From the human T2T-CHM13v2.0 reference genome, Homo sapiens: a stretch of 64,000 nucleotides of DNA. The stretch lies in the NCBI RefSeq assembly GCF_009914755.1, contig NC_060939.1, one strand, 5' to 3'. Under the pieces are notes generated by a model, which was given only the letters and a program-made list of their open reading frames with translations, ran no database searches and had not been told where the DNA came from. Each line of letters starts with the position of its first letter. Within the stretch, counting starts at the first letter, position 1. Below, in pieces: positions 14,514 to 27,419 of this stretch. Position numbers and translations under genes: made by a program.

Positions 14514-15938
14514 CTGCGGATATACAGAGGACTTCAGTCTCCTGCACTGTCAATCTCTCAGTCATCATGAGCTCAATTATGCACCGACAACAGCAAGAAC
14601 AAGAACAACAACAACGACAAAACAACCCCCAAAAAGCTAAGGGTCACAGACTACCCTGATGGAGGGACAGCCAACTGGAACTGTGCATTGAGAGATGGAG
14701 GTGCCATCCGGATCATGTGTCTAGTACGGGCCTGACCTTTTCATTGTTCCTCAAGCAAACATTCCATTGAAGGCCATGAGAGAGCCACGTGGAGAGACTG
14801 CAGGACAGGGCCCTCAGAGTCAGGCAACTTCTCATCCAATTTGACGTTTTTTGGTTTTTTCTTTTTTTTTTTTTTTCATTTTTGTTTTCTACAAATACAG
14901 ATAGACAGACAGACAAACCCAAGAGCAGATTTCAAGAATCAACTGAGGCACAAGATAAACTACTTTGATGTAATACAGATGTTTTCCCCCAAACGTTTCA
15001 CATGAAATAAAAAAATTTAAAGTGTAATTAGGAAAAATTGGGGGATACATCCTTGTTGTCCCTGTATTGTGCCATAAATATCTCCACTGCTTGCCTTAGA
15101 AGAATGCCCAAACATATCTCATAGGTAGCACGTATCCGTGGTCTAAAATAGTCATCAAATTCTAATGACACCATTAATTCAAAGCCTAAATAATATGCTG
15201 GTCAATTACAGTGAAAGTTGACTGCCTGCATCAATGATGTCTTGTTTCATCCTGAGGTTCAAGGCACAGTCAAACATCATTGCTCAGATTGCAAATCACA
15301 ACACCTTACATTGACGTGAGTTTGTAACTTATGGTGTAGTTCAAATGAAGGCAATTGATGAAAGCAGTTGAACCTGAGAAGTGGGATGAATACAGAGCAT
15401 AAATCCAGCACACGTTTCCACATCAAACTACCGATGCCATTTATCAGGGCCCTCGCAGGCCATGCCCGTGGTCGAGCGACAGCGCCTCTATTCCCAGTCA
15501 GCATCTCTGCTCCACAGACATGAGTACGAAACGGCCTAATTTGTGAACTAGTGGTGAGGAAAAGGAGACCAAAGCTTAAAAGAAATCAAGGTGATGTTTC
15601 CTAGAAACATACCAGCTCTTCTAAGAAGGATCTAGGATAAGGGTGATCAGTAAGTAATTGATCCTCCTGGCTAGATTTCATGATTTTTCTAAAGCTTCAT
15701 GGCTGGAAACACTGGAATTCATCAGAATATGTCTCTAGCCTCTCTCTTCAACACACACTCAGTACAAACAGGTGGAGATGTGCCACTTCCGACCACTACA
15801 GATTGAAAAAAAATGACCTCTGTTGACCATGGATCACAGCTGAAACATTAGTATATACTTGAAGGGTCACAGCAGCCAGACATATGCGAATTCCAACTCT
15901 TCAGAAAACTTTGGACAGAAAAAAAATGCATTACTTAC

Positions 15939-15968
15939 ATGTATGTGTCTTCTTCGTTACTGAGATAC
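15939..15968 (-). CDS. RORA: RORA exon 2 (RORalpha1 isoform), 30-nt phase-1/phase-1 coding exon, (G)ISVTKKTHT(S)
   Basis: Minus strand reads ttctaacctatgttattgtttcttctcttccag|GTATCTCAGTAACGAAGAAGACACATACAT|gtaagtaa: branch point CTAAC about 28 nt upstream, pyrimidine tract, AG, consensus donor. The translation matches the RORalpha1 N-terminus as I recall it (...[26 protein letters not shown]...). Confidence 0.96.
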
Positions 15969-17197
15969 CTGGAAGAGAAGAAACAATAACATAGGTTAGA
16001 AAGTGCCCTGTGTGTGCTGCTTTGAATGTCCGTCATTCCCAGTGTGCTCAGGAAGGCGTTTAGTTCAGATGGGGAAGTGGAAGCAAGACCAGTTTTAACA
16101 TTGCACAGGAGTGTCACTAGACCTACCCCAAAGGCATGCAACCGTGACTGATGAGGCAGCGACCATCACCTCCTGGTTTAAGAGGTTCTGTGGTAAAAGT
16201 GGGGAGCATGGACAATAACTAAACAGGGTTAAACAGGACGCGAGGAGACTCTTATTTTTTATTTTAAGTAGGGGAGACAATCATGTTTATAGGCAGAGTG
16301 GGAAAGATGTAAGGCACAAGAGAGCAATGCCAGCCTACTCAGACCAGGGTAAGATGAGCAACACGGCAATTAATTTGCTATGGCCATTGGTTCTGTGTTT
16401 ACTCTTTAATGAAAACGACCCTTCCTCCTCCCATGAAGCACAACTTTTAATGGTGAGGGGGAAATACATCCACCAAATGTACCTATGTGTCTGTACTCAT
16501 TAAGGTCAGAAAGGGAATCACTGCTACTTCTCTAAAAATGGCCCCCAAATGTTTCATACAGTTGAAACACAACTGAATGAAATGTATGAACACAAACTAC
16601 GAAAACACGAGCGATTCATGAGTCAGCACCCTTGATATTTCAGGATGATTTATAGGTAGCAGGTGACAAATAGAACTAAGCAACATTTGGCACAGAAGTC
16701 CTGATAAAGATAGCATAAATGTATGCTTTGATGCAAACAACACTATCTCCATTTCAGAATTACTACATTTTGAATCCTTTATGCTGCATTCTTCTTGGGA
16801 GACGTTCTTGAGACTAAGTAGGCTCAAAGTCATAAAACTGTTGAAAACATTTAGCCTGTGACTAAGAACTGTGGTAAACCTTGAAATTTTTTTTCTTTCA
16901 AGTTATTAAGGGAACTATTTAACCCTCCTTTGGAAAGTAAAAGTTGTTGAAAAATTTGGCAGCCACATCAGACCTATTACTTAGCTAGGGAACATGTCGT
17001 ACGGGGAAGAAATCTGTTGTGAAAATCCACGGCAGACATTTTTTAAAAAGTTGGTTCCGAAGTTGTGAGCCAAGACCAAAATCACACACTTGCTCCCCCC
17101 AACACTTTCCAAAGGACTTATTTAGGGAAGTTGAAATTACATAGCCCAACTCAAATTCTTCTCCCCGACCCCGCAACTTTTATTGAGGAAAACTATT

Positions 17198-17226
17198 GTT
17201 TTGTTTGTTTGTTTGTTTGTTTGTTT
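17198..17226. repeat. (GTTT)n microsatellite
   Basis: Seen directly. Confidence 0.85.
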
Positions 17227-17941
17227 TAAATCATGTTTGAGTTGGCTTCACAAAGTGAAGTTAGAACCTTCTAAAAAAATCCTTGAAGACTATCTCACAT
17301 GAAAACTACAAAAGTGTTCTAGAATTTTTTGAAATAACCTTTATCGTGGGAAGGGAACTTCCCCCAGCAGCAGCAGGGAGTAAAGTTTAAAATCTGAATA
17401 CAATTTGCAACTCCAGCTCATGACACCAGCACCAATAAATTGATACATTAGTGCACTTTCAGCATTATGAGAGATATATGTGTATTTTCCTTAGGAAATA
17501 GTGCTTTCTGTAAAATCACTTTGAAGAGAAAGTGCTTAGGCTGTCTCTCCTGATTATTCAAAACCTCCACACAATTGGATTTAATACAGCCCAAAACGAC
17601 CTATCTATATTCGCTGAGTGTGGAACTATTTTCTCTTGACATCCAAAGGCCTGATGAAAATACCACTGCTTTGACTTTTCTACTTAAATTTATTATACAG
17701 CGTGATGCAGTGTTCTCATCAAATATTTTCATGACGATTACATTGATAATAGATTTTGAAAATCTTCCCAAGAAAGCTGCTTGATCTCGGAGGTCGCAGT
17801 AGCTGGCATGGAGCTAAAACTTTTCATTATCTGTCTCCAGGAGGAAGCATGACTTTGGCAACAACACAATCTCTCGGTCCCTCAGTTTTGTTTAACTGTC
17901 AATTAATAATCAATATAAATAACTGGGAGCTACACTTATAT

Positions 17942-18067
17942 TGGAGTTGCCAGATTTAGTAGATAAAATACAGGCTACCCAGTGAAATTTGAATTTCTGA
18001 TACTAATTTGTAGTTTATCTTACATTCAAATTTAACTGTGCATTCTGTATTTTATATGGCAGCCTTA
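17942..18067. mobile_element. MER53 palindromic MITE, centre deleted
   Basis: gttgccagatttag...aaatttgaatttc / attcaaatttaactg...tgtattttatatggcagcc inverted arms. Confidence 0.8.
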
Positions 18068-19773
18068 ACCTATACAAGAAGAATGTAAATTATATTTATT
18101 ATAGCCAATGAAGATATACCAATCAATTAATAAACACATTTTTATGGAGAAAAGCTTAGAAGACACACTCCTGACACAAGAGCAATATTTGTTAAAATTG
18201 CATTACAACTGCTTAATTATGGAGATACGACTGTGCATGATATTTAATTTTTTTTAACCTAGCCATTCTGAAGACAGAAGTCTATTTCCCTAGAGAAAGT
18301 GAACAAACAAAAACAATACAAACACACAAAAGGCAAATTTAATGAAAAAAATCAGAAAATGTATTGGAATTCTCTTTGATCCTCTGAAACCTAATTTCTC
18401 CATAGAAGCTCTAGTACTTCATAGTAAATGATTCCATAGAAGTACCAAAAAAAGCAGAAAACATCCTTTTCATTTCACAGATGGGGAAACTGAGGCTCAG
18501 GAAAGTTTAATTGGCATAATAAGACATTTCTCTGTGGAAAGTTATATTAAACTGGAAGTACACTCATGGCAAATCTTTAAAAACACTAGTGTAGATGTAC
18601 CCTCAAAAGAGTAAATACTCAAAAAAGTTTTACTCCTTGGAGCATACCACTCAGCAGTCAGCTCTGTAAATAATTTAAACCTATGGGAGTGCCCTCAGCC
18701 ATATTTAAACCAGGAAGACTCATCCTGAGTTTGGGTGAAAGATGTACTCAGATGCTGATGCAAACACACAGAAACCACAGTCCCTACTACTAGAAGAGCA
18801 TATTGAATTGAATCTAGAATGTTCCGGAATATTCTAGAACATAGTATTCTGCCAGGAATCCAGCTGACCGAATTACCCACACTTGCCCACCTTAGGCCTT
18901 CATTCGCAGCAGGCATGTGTGCCTGGGTTTGTTACCAGCAGCCATTTTCTCACCCTTAAATGAGGGATGGGTCTCCCCTTTTCTTTTTCTCATTTTCCTA
19001 GAGGTTACAAGATTCCTGTTTTTCTCACCAGGAGGAGAGGTCAGCCTCAGTGAGCTCATAGCAGTCATACATTGCCAGTGTTTTTCCTCAAGTGGAAGGA
19101 GAAAGGCCTTCAGAAAAAAAATCGTATGCAAACCTAGTGCTACCACCAGCAGTAGCTCTGAATCGAGATTTTTGGGAGAATTAGGCTTACTAAAGATAAA
19201 CTACAATAAGTCTCAAGGAAGCAAATAATTCTGATTCTAATGAGGAATCCAAGAATAAAGGCAGCTCTTAAGGTAACTAGATCTGGAGTCAAGCTGACCT
19301 GAGCTTGCGTGTATAGCCCATTTTCCTGCTTCTAGGTTGAGAGACCTTGAACAAGTTACTTAACTTTTCTAGTCCTGAATTTCTTGGTTTTTAAAATTGT
19401 ATACAATCATGATGACACTTAAAAGACTGTTGTGAAAATTAAAGGAAATAAGGATGTATGAAGAGCTTTACAAATTGGGAAGTGTGACACAAATGACTTT
19501 GGTAAGGGGTGAGCAACTCACATAGTATTAGTTTAACCAAACTGAATTACCATGTGATAGTGAAAGCTATGCCATTGCTACTCATGATGTCCCTCAGTTT
19601 CATACTGACTCATGGCCTAGGACTCTGGTTTTCAGACCAAGTACTCTGACTAGAAAATATCCTCATATTTGATGGAAGACAGCATGAGACGGAGAACCAA
19701 GTTCCTTAAAGTAAGTGTACTCTATTCTAGATCCCAAGCTCCATTCGCTTTACTCTCTAAAGTCTAGAGAAAG

Positions 19774-19910
19774 AGCCTGGTATGGTGGTGGGTACCCGTA
19801 ATCCCAGCTACTCGGGTGACTGAGGCAGGAGGATAGCTTGAGCCCAAGAGTTCAAGTCCAGCCTGGGCAACACAGTGACACCCAGTCTTAAATTTAAAAA
19901 AATAAACAAA
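19774..19910 (+). mobile_element. FLAM/FAM Alu monomer
   Basis: Single Alu arm with A-rich tail. Confidence 0.85.
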
Positions 19911-20293
19911 AGGAAGCTGCCTACTCACTAGCAAGTGGCTGCATTATCCAAGTGGGCTGCTGATCAGCACAGGCAAGGACTTTGGTCCCCACTACCGAAG
20001 GGCATCGAACCAAGTCCAGCTGTTGTGCAGGTTTTGATTCACTTCCAAATGACTGGGAAGAACACCAAGATCCTTCCCCAGAGATTCACAAACAGACCAC
20101 GAGCAGGGTAATGCTCTCTACAGAGATAGGGACTTGATAGAATTGTGGTGAATGACGGGGTGGAACCAAGTTTCTAAACCTAAAATACACATACACCCTG
20201 CGCCCAAAGTGAACACGGTGGATGACTTGGGCAAATAATTTAGCTTCTCTGGGTCTTAGTTTTCTTATATGCAGAATGAGGTAGTCAGTGACA

Positions 20294-20587
20294 TTTTTTT
20301 TCTTCCAGACAGGTTCTCAGTGTGTTGCCTGAACTGGAGTGCAGCGGCACCATCATAGCTCGCTGCAGCCTTGACCTCCCAGGCTCAAGCCATCCTCTCA
20401 CCTCAGCCTCCCTAGTAGCTGGAACTACAGGCATGTGGCACCATGCCCAGAGAATTTTTACTTTTTTTGTAGAGATGGGGGTCTTGCCATGTTGTTCAGG
20501 CTGATCTTGAATGCCTGGCCTCAAGCAATCCTCCTGCATCAGCCTCTCAAAGTGCTGGATTAAAGGCGTAAGCCACCTTGCCCAGCC
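20294..20587 (-). mobile_element. AluJ
   Basis: catcatagctcgctgcagccttgacctcccaggctcaagc (J-type). Confidence 0.9.
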
Positions 20588-20912
20588 AGATTTCTTAATT
20601 TCCCTTCCAGTTCATCAACCAATGGCTCCTTGCCCTGCTTCTAAGCTATCAAGCCAAACCACATCTTTCCAAGCAACAGGCTGTCAGATCTATTTCTCAC
20701 TGTAAGAAATCCAATGTGGCTCATAATCAAAGGTAACCCCCTGAAACTTTTTTCTTCTTGCCTTTAACAACCAAAGAAGAAAAAAGACAGTGCCCACAAA
20801 AGGTTATATAAGTAAAAGATGCACTTTTCTTGGGAGATCTTTAAAAATTATCTGGGCTAGAGAAAAATGGCACCTTTTGATAAAGCTGTAAGACTCCTTC
20901 TATTTTACCCAG

Positions 20913-20914
<2 letters not shown>

Positions 20915-20956
<42 letters not shown>
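20915..20956. repeat. (CA)n microsatellite
   Basis: Seen directly. Confidence 0.95.
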
Positions 20957-20958
<2 letters not shown>

Positions 20959-21614
20959 CAGGTGTATTTCCAGATTTCCAGGTAATGCTTGAGCACAATT
21001 TCTAACTTAACAATATGACAGAAGTTTTAAATTGCCAATTAAACCCCTAAAACTAAGAGGGCTAAAAGGCCCCAAAATATTCGGTCCAAAGCAAAGTTGA
21101 GCTTCTAATACAGCAAAAATGCTTGACTCTCTTTAACTGGCCATGCTTCAAAGTAAAGCAAAGGAAATGTCATGAAAATATCACAGATTTAGCCCTGCCA
21201 TGGTTATCAGTAGGGAAGTTTCATTATAGTCATCCCAGAACAGAGCACTTCAGGAATGTAAGCTGGTATTTCCCGTCAGTGCCAAATCTTGGACCAGTTA
21301 ACTTTCTTGACTGACTTCTAATTGTCTCTTGGTTTTTAGGAAATTGTCTGGGTATCCAGTTAATTTTACTTTTTTTTCTTTTTTTTTTAGTAAGAGGTGG
21401 CATTTTTCCTCTTCCCAAATTTTGCAATTACCAAACCAGCATTTCCAGAGGCCTTGTATCCTGGACAAGGCCCTAGACTTGATGCCACTCTGCCACTTTG
21501 CCAGTATTCAGCCTGTGTGTCTTCTTTTGTCCTCTTTTGCAACGAGAAAACAACTTTTGAGATAGAGATATTATAAACATGAAAAAATTCTGTGTTAGCA
21601 TTAAAAAACGAACA

Positions 21615-21959
<345 letters not shown>

Positions 21960-24785
21960 TCAATATTTTTACTTTGCAAGTGAATGTGGCAGGGAGGAAG
22001 AGATGTGTTGAGTGATAATGAACAAAGTCTTGAATTGGCCCAACTCATGTCTCTACACCAGGCTTGCACATTGACTCCTCCTTTAATTCCTAGAAAAGCA
22101 GGGCTCCAAATCTGAAGGCTTTCACAAGATTTATTCTCCCTCCCTGCAAGATGTCTGAGTTAAAGAAGACACCTATTATTTAAGCTATGAGCGCTTGGGC
22201 AAATAGCTTAACTTCTCTGAGCCTTTCTTTTCTTATTCCATAAAATGGGAATAAAATTCTTAGGACTAGGTTTATAGTAAAATGTAAGATAATTCACGTG
22301 GGGCACAGGATATAGTACCTCTTTCCTACTAAAGTATGTTTCTTATTGCATACACCTTGTGAATCCACTTTATATTAGACAAACAGAGAGACAACCCTTG
22401 ATTGGACATAGGCAAAACCCATTAATCCTGTTATTAAACGGGATAATCCGGGAAGGCAGCATTGGAGAGCTAAGGAAAGAATTTTCCAAATAAAACCCAA
22501 ACACTTAACCCACTCCCTGCCACATTCTCAACAAGCATGCTGCAAAGGCTGTGGTCTCCTGGATCCGCTGTGCTCTCCTTACTTCTTTTTGACTTCCTCA
22601 TTGTGAGGCGCTAGCAGTTAAAACGGCAAATTTACACGCAGTGCATGAACACTAGCTAAGAAACGAGGCCTAGAATTTAGGCTTCTTTTTTGAATAGCTA
22701 ATAATTGTTTTCTAAAGAAAAAATATCACTTTGTGCTGGCCTTATGTCCCCCTCCTCCTCAATCCTGAGTTGTCCCAGGAGACTGCTCCATTCTACACAT
22801 AGTCAAAAAGAAAATCTATGCACGAGGCGGATCCGGAACACAGCCCGAGTAGGGCCTCGCCAAACAAAATGATGTTACAAAACAATGTCCTTGTCTAGGA
22901 CAAAAGAACTATTAATGATAATCAGTACATATTACTGAAAGTGCTCCAAGTAATCTTTGGATTTTGTTTCAAAAATTCTTAATGGACACTAATGCTTAGA
23001 GTTCACTCAAAAGAGAAATAAATTATGTGCCAGGGTTGCAGGGACCAAGGACAACACGTGGAAGGCATCAAAGCATTAGCAATGTTACGACAATCAAACA
23101 TTTTGTAATTGCATAAAAAGCCTTTAAAAATCATTTAGATATACTAATTATGAACATTAATAATACTATAATGGGAGGTTTCTTTTATGTTCGATTTGAG
23201 CCTAGGTTGAGCTGTTTCGGCAATAATATTTCAGCTCTTTTACCAACCAAGGTGCTTTGGACGCCATGAAAAATATTCCATTTTAGTTTGAAAAATGGTT
23301 ATGGGAATGGATAAGAGGAATTTTTGCTGTTTTTTGAATTCAAAAAAAAAATTTGTGATTGCTCTCCATCTCTAGGTCATATTTCCTGACATTAGTGCCC
23401 AGAAATATCTTTTAATTTTGGACAGGCAGACCAGAAGTATGCCCTCTTTCAAGTCCTGCCTTTATCTTTAACAAAACAGTTCCAAGGACAAAGCCTCATT
23501 CCGGGTTCCCCAGCAAAGGCAACATAAAGAGACCATCAGTCTATCAGAGAAAGAAATCTTCAGACAAAACTTATTTGGGAAACATCCCTCTTCTCAGAGA
23601 TTACTATTCAATGCACTACGAAAAGTCCATATGTAAGGAGGGCAATTTCTCTTGTTATTTACTCGTCCCAAAGTATGATTAGTACTTATGTATAGTAAGA
23701 ATCATAAGAAGCCTTATTTTTTCAAATTGATTTCCTTTTATTGAGTGTCTGTATGGAAGATGATGCTATCCATTCGATATTACCTGGTTGATTTAAATTT
23801 GATCTTGGAGCTCTGAGGGCAGAGGTGTGAACTGATATCAACACTTTCAGCTTAGCCTTCTAGAATTGAGCAGTTTTATCTTCTAAGTGAATAATTCAGC
23901 TCAGGTAAACATCAGCAGCTTTCACCATGCTTTTCCAGAAATGCTTTACTTTATGTGCCTCTGCAATCTGTTAAATCTGTTTATCTTTGTCACTCATATG
24001 GGCAGGTACGGAAGTGAACTGTCTGTGGGTGACTTGCCTGGATGCCGGCTATAGCTGCAGCCCCCAAAGTCGAAGCTACCAGAACAGGTTGGATGAGGAT
24101 GGCCCAAAGATTATGGAGTTGCTGGCCCCAAAGCAAGTCAGACACTATGGGAAGTTTGCATGAATCATGCCCTTGGATAGACAACCTAAATCATACCTCA
24201 TCGAGCATGGATCCTGGTCAGCATACCAAGTCAAGGCAAGTAAAGACTGAAGAAATATCACCTGGTCTGCAGCTCCCCCCAGAACGAAGTCTGCTACTGA
24301 TGGCAGAAGCATAGATAGACCAAGGGTATCACTATGTAATGATGGAAGAAGGAAAAACCCCATGCATTCACTCATGTCTTGAATCACCTAGAGAAGAGAG
24401 GGAATCTGCCAAAGTGGACACAATAGAAATTCAGTTCTAAATTTGGAGGAAATGAGACCCACTCTCAGATAAGATGAAAAGTAAAAGCCCTAGGATCCAA
24501 TGGGGTATTAAACAAATATTTAAAAGTAGAGAGGTGGTGACCAGTTATTTCCTGATATATAGAATACCATGGGTCCATAAAGAATTTTTTAGAGTATCAA
24601 TATTATTAACACTTTGAAGAAGACATATGAAAAACTGATTAAATTATAAATTAGGAAATCATAGATCATTACTATTTGTAGCCTCTCTACTCCCCTCTGA
24701 TTACAGAACTTTAGGCAGTTTGTCTGGATTGGTGATTGCTGGATAAAAGCTCAAGAAAAGAAAGTAGCCATCAAGATACTTCTCT

Positions 24786-25054
<269 letters not shown>

Positions 25055-25134
25055 TTACCTTGCATTCACAGATTTTATGAAGAAAAGTTTGGTATTGTTA
25101 GATTAGATGTACAAGCTATGTTCCCATATGGGAT

Positions 25135-25270
25135 TTTAGAATCAGGAAATCTGGATTCTTTTCCCAGCTCTGCCACTTACCAGCTATATAATTTGGGGCA
25201 AGATACTCTCTCCGATCCTCAGTTTCCTCATCACTAAAAGGAGAGGAAAAAGATTTCTTCTTTCATTCTA
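25135..25270 (+). mobile_element. MIR
   Basis: cccagctctgccacttaccagct...cctcagtttcctcatc MIR core. Confidence 0.75.
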
Positions 25271-26785
25271 AAATTCCACCACTAGAAATTTTAGGAATTA
25301 ATCATGAATATACACAAGAGTTATCATAATATTATTTATATCAGCAAAACATTCAAGGGAACACCCAAATATTAGCAGTAGAGGATGGCAAATAAAGCAT
25401 GATATGTTTACCAAATGGAAGGCGCTACCATCATTAAAATAAAGAAAAATAAATCAGAGACAATGATGTTCCAGCTGCATTATGAGAAACAAAAAAATTC
25501 AAAGTCCCAAAGCATAGTATATCATTTTGTCAAAAAAGGAAAAAAAAATGTATAGAAAAAAGACAAAAAATACATACACCAAATTAATGAGAGTGATTAT
25601 GTTTGGGTGGAGGAATTATGACTGATTTTTCTTTGTCTATGTTTTCTAAAATTTCTATAAAACACCTGTACAAATAAAATTATAATAATAAGAAAGAAAA
25701 GTTAATATTAAATAACTATTCCACAAGGTTACTGTGAAGATAAAATGAAATAAAGCAAGGCAATGTTGACCTAATATTAGTTTTTAATATTGCAAACATC
25801 TCTCTGTGACTGTTAGGAGACCCAGTTTCCTATGGCAAGTACTAATTGCATTATCCTTTCTAGAGAACCCTATGTGAAGTCTGAAGTGAAAGTGTGATAG
25901 CATAGCTGGCTACTTTCAGGAGTGCCCTATGGTGATGGATAATCTGATAATACTTGCCAAAATGGTAATCATAACCAATATGCTGATAAAGGTCTGAAAA
26001 ATAAGGCTTGCTTAGTACCATGTATTTTACACAGTGCTCGAGAATGCAGTGAGAGACCCAGGGGCTGACTTGGGACAACTTTTGACTCCTAGGAAAACCA
26101 CCACCCTTTAGCTACCACACAGGTGTTTGCCTAAGCCAATGACTATAGGGCATATGACTACAGTGTCAACACATACCAGCAACCAAAGGCCTGTGGAGAC
26201 CTCTGCAGTACAGGTGCTACCTCAGAGACTGATCACAAAATCCTCAAGGCAGGAGTGAGCCCTTTCATCAGGACCTCCTGATAAATCTCCAGGAGTTAGT
26301 GCCCTGTAATACAAAGAGGATGACCTCTGGAGTCAGAAAGACCCAGGTTGCAAGCCCAGTTTCACCTACCAACTAGTCGTTTCACTTGAGGCAAGCTACT
26401 TAGCTTGAGCCTCAGTTTCAATATCTGTAGGATGGAAGTAAGGATACCTTTTTCATGAGGCTGTTGTGATTATCAAAAGGTATAGGCAGTGCAAAGCTGA
26501 AAGTGGTCAGCTGTCAGTGAATTCTATTATCTAAGCAATGTTATCTGATGGCAATGCATCTTACAGGAATGCATTGGAATGTTCCATAGAGAAAGGAAGG
26601 AAAAAAGGCCCATATGTCCTTGGGATGAGACACTAAGGTGGCCCCGAGCTTCAGAATAAACTATGGGTTCTTTTGGAGATTGACATACCTTGTTATATTT
26701 TGATTGATTTCAACTAGCACAGTTCTTCTCTTTTAAATTATTCTTTTTCCATTTGTCTTTTTTTAAATTTTAGTTTTAAAAAGGT

Positions 26786-27354
26786 TGTAACGGGTTGAGT
26801 TGCATCCCCCAAAAAGACATATTCAAGTCCTAACTCCTGATACCTGCGAATGTGACCTCATTTGGAAATCATATCTTTATAGATATAATTAAGATGAGGC
26901 AATACTGGTCCAGGGACCAGTCATCTGAATACTTAGACTAAGTATTTAGATTTAGTCTAAATTTAATTACTACTATCTGTGTAAGAGGAAGGAGAGGGAG
27001 ATGTGCATTCAGGGACACAGACAACACATAGAGAAAAAGGCCACATGCAGATGGAGGAGGGATTGGAGTGACATAGCTATAAGCTCAAGAATGCCAAGGA
27101 TTTCTAGCAACTACCAGAAGCTAGGAGAGAGGCTTCAGGAACTTCTTCCCTAAAGCCTTCAGAGGGAGCAAGGCTCTGCTGCCACCTTGATTTTGGGACT
27201 TCTAGCATCCAGAACTGTGAGAGAACACCACCATCCTTTAGCTACCACACAGGTGTTTGCCTGTGCCAACGACAATTGGCGTAAAACAATTTCTGTTGTT
27301 TTAAGCCACCCAGTTTGTGGCACTTTGTTACCACAGTTCCATGAAATTACTACA
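26786..27354 (+). mobile_element. MLT1B/C (ERVL-MaLR) solo LTR with two internal rearrangements
   Basis: TG...CA termini, 5-bp TSD AAGGT (26781-26785 and 27355-27359), MLT1 motifs gaatgtgacctcatttggaaat and ccagaactgtgagagaa...ttctgttgttttaagccacccagtttgtgg. Confidence 0.88.
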
Positions 27355-27419
27355 AAGGTCCAGGAAATGTTATGAGTGTAAGGTGTCTGGCAATAATACT
27401 CTGGGGTCCTCCAAAAACA

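Noticed and set aside
14471-14659. Plus-strand Q-rich ORF (QQQEQEQQQRQ)
   Set aside because: Translation of a low-complexity CAA-rich tract.
15935-16141. Track ORF ending ...SRYLSNEEDTYM
   Set aside because: Wrong frame; the real exon reads [10 protein letters not shown].
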